In this document: positions 12,635 to 25,868 of the stretch, one piece after another
Layout: the number at the start of each line of letters is the position of its first letter
Numbering within the stretch: position 1 is the first letter of the stretch
Assembly: GCA_030770535.1 (NCBI GenBank)
Contig: JASVEC010000026.1
Span: forward strand, 682,001-746,000
DNA: 64,000 nucleotides
Origin: Batkoa obscura
Taxonomy: Eukaryota
Direction: 5' to 3'
The notes under the pieces: model-generated
What the model was told of the DNA's origin: nothing
What the model saw: the letters and a program-made list of their open reading frames with translations, nothing else
Databases searched by the model: none
Translations under genes and position numbers: made by a program

Positions 12635-13896
12635 GGTATAAAACTAAATTTTCAATTCTATTTTTTTTCTAAATGATAATCTTTATTTTTGCAATATTCA
12701 AGTTGTTTATATACTAAACAACTGGAGTGTTAGTTACTATCGTATTTTATTATTATTTAAGGATTATTTTATAAGTACCAATCCTATTTCGATCATACTT
12801 CCCCTTTAATAATTCTGACTGTTAAGTCTTTTATACAAATAAAACGTAAAATTCTTTACTTTAAATCTAAAAAAGAAAATAATATTATATAACAACAATA
12901 TCTAATTAATTTGATAAAAGTTGTTATATAGTACTGAAATATTTAAAAGAATAGGTAAGTTGCGTTTATAATAAAATCCATATTAAGTAAGTGCAGCTTA
13001 AATCCAAAAATATTAAGATTAGGCATGAATCTTCACACTCATAAGAGGAGCTTAATTAATATAAAACTAATGTAATTTTAATAAATAAAAAATTGTAACT
13101 AGTTTGATATATTATTTGAATAAATAGTTTTAGAATTATTATATATTGAATAAGAATATAAAGTATTCTATTTCATAAATCGAATATTTGAGCTACAATT
13201 TACTTCAATGTTACTATTCAACAATGCAAAATCATACGATCCTTTAAATCTTCAAAATAATAATAATTGTTAGGAATATTTCATATCAGTTGTAGGTGTA
13301 TTAATTGGTTATTTCACGTCATTAGGAAGTTTTAGTATTAACTACTTGAAGTGAAGTATTGTTCTTTCTCTGTTAGTTATTTCAGCCTTAATTATAAAGA
13401 CCCCAAAAGTCCCATCAAAATGATCTAATTATTATTTATAAAACTTTGTTTACTTTCTAAATTTAAGAGTCAACCTAGATAAACTAAATGTAATGACTGT
13501 TTTTTAAACACAAAGCAAGGTTTATAAAATTAACCACAAATCACTAATGAGTGGTACTGTGTAGACATATTTACAAATTATTGACTAAAATCAGATTTAA
13601 TTAAGTATGAGATGCTTTAAGATATCAGCTTTATAGCCAAAAAATTGAGTCCATTACTATAGCTTTTATGTAAAATCTTAGTCACTTTTAGTAAAAAGAT
13701 TGATGTAAAATACTATACAACTGGTTCACCTCAAATTGAAAAGAAATAGCAGTACTTATTAAAATTAGCTATTTAGTTGGTTTTTTAAAGTTTGCTGCTT
13801 AAAAATCAACGATTTGTATTGAAGGCCTCTATAATGCTAAACTAAAAGTTTACTTATAAATAAATATAACCTGGTATGCTAATATTTCAACTATTA

Positions 13897-13993
13897 GGGG
13901 ATGCATTCTTTTGTTTAATAATTTTACTAATAGCTTTTCACTTAAATAGCGCTTAAAAAATGGAAAAAGTGATGAAATAAAAAAACATCTCCC
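13897..13993 (+). mobile_element. MITE copy
   Basis: GGGGATGC...CATCTCCC termini and family-typical interior. Confidence 0.8.
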
Positions 13994-14195
13994 ATATTCT
14001 TATATTTCTAGTGTTTCACATCAAATTATTCAATTCTAATTAACATCAATTAAAGGTTATTAAGTTTATAAAAAAATAAGTTAAACATTAAAGATCATTA
14101 TAGTTAAATTTTTTATCATTATTTGGGATTTATCACTACATTAAAACAAAATAGCATTTTTAAAAATGGGTACTTTTGAGGGGCTTTTAATATAT

Positions 14196-14295
14196 GGGGA
14201 TGTATTTTTATGTTTAAGAGTTTTACTAACAATTTTTCCGCTGAAATAGTGCCTTAAAAAATGGAAAAAGTGATGAAGCCAAAAAAGGCACCCTC
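14196..14295 (+). mobile_element. MITE copy
   Basis: GGGGATGT...GCACCCTC termini, ATAT target duplication. Confidence 0.9.
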
Positions 14296-14825
14296 ATATG
14301 GAGCTTTACATCAATCTTTTTACTAAAAGTGACTAAAATTTTACATAAAAGCTATAGTAATGGACTCAATTTTTTGGCTATAAAGCTGATATCTTAAAGC
14401 ATCTCATACTTAATTAAATCTGATTTTAGTCAATAATTTGTAAATATGTCTACACAGTACCACTCATTAGTGATTTGTGGTTAATTTTATAAACCTTGCT
14501 TTGTGTTTAAAAAACAGTCATTACATTTAGTTTATCTAGGTTGACTCTTAAATTTAGAAGATGAATAAAGCTTTATTATAATTGTGGAATGACATGTCAT
14601 AATAACCTGTTTGGTGCTAATTCCTATCTAACCAATAAATAATCAGTATAGAGTGGCAATGATTTATTATTCTTCAAAATAATTTAAAAAGTTCCAACTT
14701 TCAAATGAAATTATTCGGAAACCTTTTTATAGCTAAAAAATGGCCCAGTTCCTTTGTGGAAAATAATATAAAAACAATACAAAAACTTGACCATTTTTCT
14801 AAATATTCTTTTTTTACACCAAATT

Positions 14826-16601
14826 ATGATTAACGAAGAATTCGATTTAAAGATTAAAGAAGGCTTTTTTACTACATTGATCAATTGTAATTCCAAAGTA
14901 TTGACTAAAATTTCCATTTCCAATGAATGTATTATATTGATCCCAGGTAAACTTTAAATAATTTTAAGTTTACATTAATTAAGATTTAGATCAAGAAGAG
15001 GAAGAAAAGTTCAGCAAGAGTATTGGAAAATATATTGGAAAAAGTTTACAATTTGATGGAAGTCATGCAGCAATCAATACGAAAACTTTATTTGCTGCAA
15101 GATTGACCAAAAAGAACCTTAATACCGAAAGTATATTATTAGAAAATGCTCCTAATTTTTTACTTGATGAATCTACAGTTGTGCAAGATGAAGAAAGTCC
15201 TGTATATTTCACTTTATTTGGACTTGATTTCATTAGCAAATCTCGAAGTGGACAATTATGCGATAAAAAGCATCTTCCAAAACTAAGAGCATTTACTTTT
15301 GAAGTATCAAATTATAAATTAGCAACATGCTTAATCGATTATTTTAATATTTATTTTCAAACGAATCAAGGTAATTAACTTTTCATTTTTAAGCTATATA
15401 AGTATATCAAAGAGTATTAGATCCAAGCAAAACAACGGAAGGTTATATTAAGAAGAAATATTTGGCAATTACAAATCCAGTTGGTGGTACTAAAGATGCA
15501 CATAAGAAATTTCATAGTATTACTGCCCCTATGCTCAAATTAGCTGGTATTGAAGTGGATTATTTTGAAACTACTTATTTATACCATGGTGAAAAAATAG
15601 TTAAAACTTCGGAAAATATTCAACAATATCATGCAATAATAACTAATGGTGGGGACGGGATGATTTATGAAGGATTGGTAAATACATATCTATCTTAAAC
15701 AAATATTTTATTTATAATTAGAATGGATTTTTAGGACGTGAAGATTATCAGCAATTTAAATCGATTCCATTAGCAGTTTTGCCTGGAGGTACTATTTAAT
15801 CAGAGTTTTTAAAATCGATTTAATCAAAAAATAGGTACCGGGAATGGATTAGCAACTTCATTGGGAATTGTGAACTTTGCAGCAGCTTCATTTACATTAA
15901 TAAGGAATACAGTAAATAAATTTGATATATTAGCAGTTTATTCATCTCCAACAATAACCACACCAAGGTATGGGATACTTGATTTTGCTTGTGGATTTTT
16001 AAATGATATAGATGATACTACCGATAAAATGAGATTTATGGGTCCGCTTAGAGTTGACCTATCGGCAGTTTATCTTTTTGCTCGAAACAAAAAATACCCT
16101 TTTAAAGTTCATTATAAACCGGCATATGAAGCAGCTTCAGAGCAAGTTGATAATATAAGTGAAACGAATTCGTCACCAGAAAATTTATTAGCAAAAGATG
16201 GTAAAGAGTTAGGAGAAGGATGGGTTGAAGCTGATTTAAAAGTCTTCTTTTTAGCAGTTACCAATGTACCATATGTTAGTTATAACCTTAAAATAGCAGA
16301 AAGATCAAAATATAATTCGAATGATATGTCTTTAGTTTATGATAAAGATTCTAAACTTGGAACAGTTAAAATATCGGGAGCTTTTCTTAAAGAAGATGAA
16401 AATCCAGGAAAGGGCCATGTTACTTCCCTATTGACTGAAAAAAACATAACCAATTTTATTATAGCTTCTTCAGATCCTAAAAAACCAGATAGTCTTTTAC
16501 CATTTTGTCGTATTGATGGTGAAAAATTTGTTCGTTCTAAAGCTTTTCAAGTCACTGTTTTACCAAACCATATCAATTTTTTAATTCCTATAAAGCTGTA
16601 A
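14826..16601 (+). CDS. Sphingosine kinase / DAG-kinase-family lipid kinase (multi-exon)
   Basis: NPVGG, GGDGMIYE, LPGGTGNGLA and IDGE motifs of the DAGKc family. Confidence 0.85.
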
Positions 16602-16756
16602 TTGAATCATTTTGCTTCATTAGCTTATCTCTAACGATTAAAATAAATAATTATTAATCTAAATATACTAATATTATTGTATCTTTTATTATAATAATAT
16701 TTGAACAGAATGTCTAATATTAAAGATATTTTTAATTTTATAATTTAATTTAAAAA

Positions 16757-17587
16757 TTAGATAATATATACTACAATTAATGTGGATAGAATGTAAAAGA
16801 AGATATGGTAATTAAAGATTTTAGCTCCATGAGTGGCACTACTCAAACAGGTAAGACATAGATTAGCTATATTAAATAAAGTTAATAACTTCAAATGTTA
16901 AATAAAATAGAAAACTTACATCCCCCATTACCAGCTTTATACAGACGAAATTGTCTTGTAAAAGGATTTAATGCACCTGCGGGTGCACCAACTAAATAAG
17001 AACGAGCAGTATCATAAACATACAACTTATAATTATCTGATTCTATCAAAGGGGGATTTGTAGGATCGGAAGTAAAGTTGGCCATATCCCAACTATATTC
17101 CGTAGTATCTCCAGGTAACTCTAAGCCAATATTGTAAGTGATGACATTACCAGTTTCTTGACGTATAGCGATAATAGAGATATTATTTGGTTTGATTTTT
17201 AAATTATCATCAAACTTCCACTTCATTTTAGCAACACTTCCTATGGCCCATCCAGCAACAAAATTTTGGGCCACTGGTGGGTCTAAAAAGGTAATCATGC
17301 CTCTAGCAGCATTAGGCGGAATCCTTACTGATGATGAAGACTTAGAAGAGGAAGAGGATTTGGATGGACTTCCAGAGCTTTGTTCGTTTGAAGTACTTTT
17401 GCTAGGGCTTGAACTTTCGGTGGCTGAAGCATTTGAAGATGAGGAGCTTGAGTTTGAAGAGTCTGACTTTTGAGCATCTATAAAACAGTTAGATTAAGTA
17501 ATGGTGGTGTATAAAAGAATTACTTGTAACAATAAAGAAAATAGTAAGAATAAACAAAGTTAATAGTTTTGTATTGAAAATATACAT
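16757..17587 (-). CDS. Secreted Ser-rich, probably GPI-anchored cell-surface protein (3 exons)
   Basis: Signal peptide, Ser-rich tract, beta-rich domain with YSWD, CLTC, and a hydrophobic C-terminal tail after splicing. Confidence 0.7.
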
Positions 17588-19323
17588 GGTTAGATAATAA
17601 AGATAAAAAAGAATTTACTTTTAGATTTAAAGCTTTTAAAGCTTTTAAATCTTTTGATATTATGTTGTGGGTGGTTTGTTTTTGAGATTTTGTAAACTAT
17701 AACGGCAAGTGTTTTAAAATTTCCGTCAGTATTGTATTTTGTAACCAAATTTATGGCTTAAACTTAACATTTGTTTGGCTAAGGTTCTTTAAGCTGCTTA
17801 AAATTTCATTTGAAATTTACTTTATTAGGTAATTTGACATCAATTGAAAATTTTAATTTATTTTTATAGTTTGGTCATTTAAGGCTTTATAACATTATTT
17901 AGAAACTTTAAAAAGCACATTAAGTAAAATTCATATTAAAATCAATTTAATATAGGCAAGTTTAACATAATTTCGCAATCAAAGTTTGAGTTTTTATAAA
18001 TAATAATAAATTATTACTATTGTTTTTATTTTTATCTAAATTAATTTTTTTACTATTTTAATATGTTAATTTGATGATAATTTTTATAACATTTTATAAA
18101 TAACTCCATAGGCTCTTTGGTAAGCTTGGCATAACATAAATGCCATAGCTTTAGCTAAAATTAAGGTTTTTAATGTTTAATATTGTTATAATCTTTTATA
18201 AATAATTAAAATAGTTAAAGTTAATAATATAGACAAAAGATTCAATGTAATAAAATATTAAAATGACTACATTATATCGCTTTTATGAGTCTGTGTTCAT
18301 TTTAGATTGCAGATTAAAACTCATTATTTTTAAACTAATTGATCTTATTTTGCTAAATTGTTCTACAAAACTAAAAGTAACATTATAAGGAGCTTTATTT
18401 ACTTAATTTAATAAAAATATTATTAAAGTTATTAAATTGAATTTAGTAAAATAAATGTCTATAAACATAGTTTGAAAATCACTTTATAATTAAAGGATAT
18501 TTATAGCATTCTCAACCCACTATGGCTGTCTTAAAAATCAGACAAAATGCTTTGAATTTTTTAAATAATTAACAACGAAAGTGAATAAAATACAATATGT
18601 TGTGGTGAAAATTATTGTAATTTTAACAACAAAGAAATTTATTTCCATCGCAATATTTTTATTTTATTCAATTTTGTTGTCATTTATAAAAAAACTCACA
18701 GTTTGTTTAAATTTTTTTTTTGAGATAACCATGATGGGTTAAAAATATTAGGTAAAATGCCACTAAATTAGGATTTAACACAATAATTTACAAAGTGATA
18801 TTAACTATAGGAATTTTCAAAGTTAAATAAGATATAAACGATTTCAACATTATTTAACCAAAGGATAAAAATATACTAAACCCTCAATATACCAAATCGT
18901 ATTAGTACAGTTTTAGTAAATAGTAAAAAGTTGAAAATCAATCTCAAAAATTAATCTGCTCGAAAAGAACCAATTAGCCAATCAAAGCTTTAGATTTGAG
19001 GTTTCAATCCAATTTTTGCACCTAAATGGGATGTAAAATTTTTTCCAAGCTTGTAGCAAATAAGGATTGAAGAAAAATTTTGATTTTATTGATAGGCCCC
19101 TGTCGCCCTATTTCCTTCTCTTTTCTCTGACTACCAGAAAATACGCCAAGGTAAACTAAAAATACAATATAATTAGTGATAGATGGCGATATAGTAATTG
19201 AACAAAGAAAAATGTGATATAAAGAATAAATTGGAAACAAAAAATTAGTTGAAGCTCAATAAATGGAATACCAAATAAAGAAATTAAAGAAATTGGAATA
19301 AAATATTTAAATGTGATATTTAG

Positions 19324-19857
19324 ATGACTAGCGGTATTACTTTAAAGGACGTCAACCATAATGAATTCATCAAAGCCTATTCTTCTCACTTGAAGCGTTC
19401 CGGCAAAATCGAAGTCCCAACCTGGGTTGACCTTGTCAAAACCGGTACCCACAAACAACTTGCTCCATATGACCCAGACTGGTACTTTGTTCGTTGTGGT
19501 AAGTAGTAAATTATCAGCTTTATTTGGTAAACCTAATGATTGTTTTAGCTGCCACTGCCCGTCACATCTATCTCCGTCGTGGTGTCGGTGTAGGTGCTCT
19601 TAAAATGAGAACCGGTGGACCAAAGAACCGCGGTAACCGTCCTTCAAGACGCCAAGAAGGTTCTGGTTCCGTTGCCCGTAAAATTCTCCAATCATTAGAA
19701 AAACTCGGTATCCTCGAAAAAGAGGAGCGCGGGTAAGATTAATTTTAGTTAGTAGTTTAAATGCTTAACATTATTCAGTGGTCGTAAAATCACCGAAGCC
19801 GGACGTCGTGAATTAGATCGTATTGCTGTTCAAGTTGTTCGTGCTAAAGACGAATAA
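19324..19857 (+). CDS. RPS19: 40S ribosomal protein S19 (eS19), 2 coding introns
   Basis: LKDV...[20 protein letters not shown]...[21 protein letters not shown]. Confidence 0.97.
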
Positions 19858-21163
19858 GCCAATAAAATTTAACCTAACTTAGATGCTGTTGTGATAAGTT
19901 ATTTAACTAAAAATATTATTTTTATTAGGTATATTATATTTTGTTGAGTTTGTTTAAATTTTATTTTAGTGAGGTTTATATGTTTGATTATTAATAGATA
20001 CGCTACAAAGCCATAAACAATTGAAGTTTAGTAGATCTATGTAATAATAAAATGGAGAGGCTTTAGGATATCACTCATGCTTGTGGTTTAGGGCAACTAG
20101 TTTTATAATGAGAAGCGTTTACTACATAATGCTGAAAGTCATTATATGCATAATTTTTTATTAATTAATAATTATATATAGCTTTGTCATATTAGTTCTT
20201 ATTATTGATTAGGCAATATTACTTTTTACATGATAAATAGATTTGCCTCCTGTGAATAAGACATAAAGCCTTTTAAATAAATGGTTTTTAACATATTGAG
20301 ATAAATATTTTTAAAATTTAGTAGTTTTGTTTTGTTCTTTTAATTTACTTTGTACTTTAGAATATTGACTGCTTAGGTTATTTATCACCATAAGTATATA
20401 GTGTTTAACGATTTATTAAGTCTATTAAATGAAACTGATGTGAATGGAAATACTAAAAATAAAATTTAGGCCTTTGTGGATAAATAAGTAAGGGAGTGTA
20501 TTGTAATAAAACAATCTTTTAGATATAATCATATAAGGCATATAAAATTCAACTACTTTTTTTATCTTAATTATACATAAAGTTAAGACTATCAAATCTA
20601 AATATTAAACATAGATACCAATATTAACTAAAACAATTATTTTAAACTTGTATAATGTATTATTTCAAACCGAACTCATTGAAAAGGAGCTTGGTTTATA
20701 AAATTGTCCCTGCTTAAATCTAAAAAAACCCTTTGTTATCGTATAAAATTTTAAATTTAAACAAAGAAATATTATGATGAAAAATTTCTAATGCTGAAAA
20801 ACTAAATAAGAAAGATAGAATTGAAGTTTCAATATACAAAAACTCAACTTTTCAATTTCATTTAGTTTGTCCACTTTTTAAGCAATATGAAATCAAAAAA
20901 TTCTCAATATCGACCCTTAAATCAAAAAATACCACATTGATGCATCCCTTATTCTGAAAGCCTTAAAGCAAAATGATGTCTGTTACCAGCTAGATTATCG
21001 AATTATATAGCTTTAGTTGACAACTTTCAGATTCTCGGTGAATTCTTAGTTATCAAAGGGGTATTTCAGAGCTTTTATTGTTATTAAGAATAAGGTTTTT
21101 TATAAGGTAAGGTATGTTTTTGCCTTTTTACATTGCTACTTTATATCTATCAAACTGGGATAT

Positions 21164-21260
21164 GGTGATGTTTTTTTTGACTTCATTACTTTTTCCATTT
21201 TTTAAGCACTATTTGAGTGGAAAGATTGTTAGTAAAATTCTTGAACAAAAATACATCCTC
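21164..21260 (-). mobile_element. MITE copy
   Basis: Family interior, ATAT target duplication. Confidence 0.85.
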
Positions 21261-23617
21261 ATATTTTAGTTTGCTTAATTAGAATTGATTATTTTTATGT
21301 ATACATTGAATGCATGCTGGGGTAGAATGTGGTTAAAGATGTGTAGTAAAGTAAAGTTGTTGTACAGATTAAGTAGCTAAAGGTTTGATTTTATCAAGCT
21401 AATGCTACATTTTTTTAAGTTTTATTTTAAAATTTAAAAACAATCTTTTATATATAACTTATTGTAAATGAAAAATGAAATACTGTATAGCTTAATGCAT
21501 TATCAGAATTAACATTTCAAATAGATCACACAGGTATAACCTAAATTATTTTTTACTATTTAAATATCTACTTTATAAAATTATAAACAAAAAATAAAAA
21601 CTAACAATTAAAATCATTCAATTTATTTGTAACGTAATATTGAGTTAAATGAGTTTAGTATTGGAATTTAAAGTAGATGGTAATATTTTGATTATTATTA
21701 GTGGTGATTGGCTCTTCACAAATTATCCAACGTGGACCACCCAGCATACTCTTTCTACCCAAAGCCCCCCCCCCACCTCCTAAAAGTACGCCAACCCACC
21801 CCCTCTCTAATGACTTTTTTATCTCCCCAATCATTGATCCTAGCACCATAATTTAATAGCAAGAGCAAAAACACTTGGAAGAGAATGCGTTTGTTTGTTT
21901 GTTTTCTCCTATTAAATTAGAGTTATCTTGTTTTATCAAACTAGCTATTGGATCCTAGGTGATAATTATAAAAAATATTTTATTTTTTTTAGTTAAATTT
22001 ACCTTTAATTGATAGAATAGTGTAGTAATTAATATCTACAAGGGGTAACATTGATGATTATAACTCACTTTGATAGGGTACTTTTATTGGAGTAAGTTAG
22101 GTTTAAATAGTGCTACTTCCTGTACCTTATCAGTTTTATCAGTTTGAGTTTTATTGTAGTCTAGTTATTTTTATACACATTTTACTATTGTTTTTAGTTT
22201 GGTTTATTGTACTAGATTTATTTATAGATTTATTTATAGATTTATCACTTTTTATTACCTTTAGTTTGTTATTGCTTTTTATTTATATATTAATTACTAC
22301 TATTTTTTATTAGCTATTAGTTGGGCATTTAGTATTTGATTGTCAATTATTATTTAATATATTTAAATTTTAATGAATAAACAAATTGATCTTAAATATT
22401 AAAGATGATAAGTAAAATTTAAATAGTTAAGATTTAACATATATATTTAAATAGCGATTTGACACTATTGATAAAGCAGTTTTTATATTCCAGGGTACAA
22501 TATCTTTTGAAAGTATATTTATTATATAGTATCTTATCTGTAGTCACTATCCTTTATATAAATAATAAATGTCTTTTAGAAACATATCATATGTCGTAAG
22601 TAAATCTATGAAATATATATTTGATTTAAATGTATAGATAATAATAAAAAACAATTTGAGTTTATAGAGTAGATTTATCAAACCTTAAAATAAATCTAAC
22701 TGATGAAAATAGAGACTAATAAATTAAAATATTGAATCATTTATAATTATCAATATAAAGCTGGTAAAAAGCAAATTTATAAGTTGACAAATATGGCATC
22801 TTTAAAAGACCATCGAAAATTGACAGACATTAAATTGGGCTCAACTTTGTATGATTACAACAAGGGGTTAAAATAATTGCCACAAAAGATGCATGATTCG
22901 TTGATGCTAATATAAACATCAACTGGCAGAAAATCATTAACACAATAATATTAATGGTAGTAACCTTAATTATGCAAAAGCCCTTCCATAAATCATTATA
23001 ATATTAAATTATATAATTATATAGATACTATGTTATAAGTGTGAAATGGCAATGAAAAAAAAAGTTGAATTAAATGTAATCTATTGAATATTGTGAAAAG
23101 GAAAAGCGAAGTAAATGGGGATGTCTGAATTGGTTTCATTTTTTTTATCCAATTTTTAAAATTTAAATTATGAATAGAGTGACCAGTAAAACGGTATTAA
23201 AATAAAACCCAACTTTTTAAATATTTATATTTCAAGACTTTGCTTAAAATTCTACAAAAACAAATTCTTTATCAAAAAGCAAAAGTACTTAACAGTTTCA
23301 AAAAACTATAATAAAAATCTAATATACAATAATGTGTAAGTTAATATAAATAGTTGTTATAAATAATTTTATAGAGCACGATTTAAATAATATACTGTAA
23401 AAATCTATGATTGGCATTTATTTTCTTAATTTTTAATTTAATTTAATTTTAAAATAATTTTAGTAAAAAAAAGTATGTTAAAATATATATTATACAAAAT
23501 TATATAAACAAGAGTTCTGTTTTTTTTTAACTTTTTATTAAAGCAATATAAAAAAATACATAAAAGCTTTAATTTGTTTTATTAGTATAGCTTATATATT
23601 AATTAAAATTAAAATAT

Positions 23618-24587
23618 TGTGAAATATCGGTTCATTAGCTCTAGGATTGATTATAATATAATAATCAGTTCAGAGCTCCTTATATAGATTTACTGTGAGA
23701 ATTGCTACCATCTAATCATGAAGAACTTATTGTCCACGCTTTAATGTCCATACTTGGCAACTATAATAAGGAATAACTATTATAATATTCCTTATATATA
23801 GCCACCCAGTTGGAGTATAAAAGAGATTCTTCAACATACTAACTCGAGGCTTTTTTAATTGAATTACTCCCTGATTGTGAAAGTTGATACTCAGTGGTCG
23901 GAGTTAAAAGCTACTCTTGCTTGACTAACTTGCCTTGAGTCGAACGGTCTTAGTTTATGTAACTAAGATAGACTTAGCTTAATAGAAATAATACGTAATA
24001 AGCTACGAATTATGTAAAACAAATATAATAGGAGGTACTACTGTAAAATCTATGTAAGATGTTGTCAGAAAAACTTAATGACTTTATTAATGATACGTTA
24101 TCAGGGAGTAATTCAATTAAAAAAGCCTCGAGTTAGTATGTTGAAGAATCTCTTTTATACTCCAACTGGGTGGCTATATATAAGGAATATTATAATAGTT
24201 ATTCCTTATTATAGTTGCCAAGTATGGACATTAAAGCGTGGACAATAAGTTCTTCATGATTAGATGGTAGCAATTCTCACAGTAAATCTATATAAGGAGC
24301 TCTGAACTGATTATTATATTATAATCAATCCTAGAGCTAATGAACCGATATTTCACACTGATATCGTATTATTAATAAAGTCACTAAGTCTTTCTGACAA
24401 CATCTTACATAGATTTTACAGTAGTACCTCCTATTATATTTGTTTTACATAATTCGTAGCTTATTACGTATTATTTCTATTAAGCTAAGTCTATCTTAGT
24501 TACATAAACTAAGACCGTTCGACTCAAGGCAAGTTAATCAACCAAGGACTGCTTTTAACTCCAACCATTGAGTATCAACCTTTCATA
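23618..24587 (-). mobile_element. Solo LTR (outer), split by a second LTR of the same family
   Basis: 23618-23875 plus 24363-24587 reconstitute the reverse complement of 23876-24357. Confidence 0.85.
23876..24357 (+). mobile_element. Solo LTR (inner, 482 bp)
   Basis: TGTGAAA...TTTCACA termini, perfect 5-bp target duplication CTGAT (23871-23875, 24358-24362). Confidence 0.88.
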
Positions 24588-24687
24588 GGGGATGTGTATT
24601 TTTGTGTTTAGAATTTTACTAACAATTTTTCTACTCAAACAGCGCTTAAAAGATGGAAAAAGTGATGAAGCCAAAAAAGACACCTCC
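24588..24687 (+). mobile_element. MITE copy abutting the outer LTR end
   Basis: GGGGATGT...ACACCTCC termini and family interior. Confidence 0.85.
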
Positions 24688-25161
24688 ATATTTTTTTTAG
24701 TTTTATCGCTTTTTTATCATACTAAAATCTTTAAAAGTTTTATTTTAAATTTTAATTATAAAAGCTTGTATTTTGTTTTTATTTTAGTAAAAAATAAAAT
24801 AAATAATTATATATCTACTATATATTTATCGAATATTCAATAAAGTTATTTCAAACATTAATAAAAATAATATAAAGTATATAATTAAAGAAATTAATTA
24901 TTTAAAAAAATGAGATAATTAGAAATAGGTCTTTTAAGTTAAATAAAAAGGATTCAGCTTTAAACTTTTTAAATTTAACTAATCACATGTTAAAAACATG
25001 AATTTAAAAATTTAATTTAGATTAATTTTTAAATAGATTCTGAAACTAATTTGGACATCCCCAAATGCATATTACTTCATTTTCTAAAAATTGTTATTTA
25101 TATATTTAATTTTATCTATAAAAATCCAGTCATTAAATAATTAAAAATAAGGTAAAGATAT

Positions 25162-25260
25162 GAGGGTGTTTTTTTTGACTTCCTCACTTTTTCCATTTTT
25201 TGAGCACTATTTGAGCGGAAAAATTATTAGTAAAATTCTTAAACATAAAAATACATCCTC
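25162..25260 (-). mobile_element. MITE copy
   Basis: Family interior, ATAT target duplication. Confidence 0.88.
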
Positions 25261-25770
25261 ATATAGTATTTAAGATGAAAGCGCTGCTACCTCAAAGCAA
25301 ATCATTAGAAACCAAATGCATCATTTATAATAGTGTTATATTTGTTGTTAATGGCATCCTAAATTATTGGGTTAATAAAAACAATAAATTAAAATTTTTA
25401 ATTAGTTTTTAAAAGTATTAATACCATAAAAATAATAATTAGGAATTTACTAAAACTTGGTATACTCATTCATTTTAAAATTAGATAAACTAATTAATAT
25501 GCATAAAATTATTTAAATTAGAATATTACAAAGTCTTAATTATACTAGTTTAAATAGTTTAATAAATTTAAAAAAAACGTTGTTTTTGAATATAAGCCAA
25601 TTACAATTTTATTAAAAATAGCAAAATAAACAACTATATTATTAAGTTAAATAATAAAAAACAACTTATTAGGTTTATTTGTTTTTGTATATTTTTAAAT
25701 CAATTTTTAATCAACATTTTGCGACATTTTAACTTTTAATAGAACTTTGAAACTATTAACAACATAATTT

Positions 25771-25868
25771 GGGGATGTTTCTTCTGGTTTCATTACTTTT
25801 TTATCTTTTAAGGGCTATTTGAGCGGAAAGATTGTTAGTAAAATTCTTAAACAAAAAAATATATCCTC
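25771..25868 (-). mobile_element. MITE copy
   Basis: Family interior, ATTT target duplication. Confidence 0.88.

Larger units (their letters stand above)
13455..14559. repeat. 255-bp near-perfect inverted repeat (13455-13709 / 14305-14559) with a 595-bp spacer
   Basis: Arms are reverse complements with one mismatch seen by eye. Confidence 0.92.
23117..25062 (-). mobile_element. Non-autonomous copy of the Sola2-like transposon carrying nested insertions
   Basis: TIRs GGGGATGTCTGAATTGGTTTCA / TGAAACTAATTTGGACATCCCC; perfect AAAT target duplication; subterminal regions match 8654-11505 in reverse orientation. Confidence 0.85.

Noticed and set aside
22110..22313. Hydrophobic 67-aa ORF
   Set aside because: T-rich low-complexity sequence with a non-ATG start
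24592..24843. ORFs overlapping MITEs (also 35502-35687, 57163-57417, 60686-60895)
   Set aside because: Chance reading frames across the non-coding MITE; similarity between them comes from the repeat
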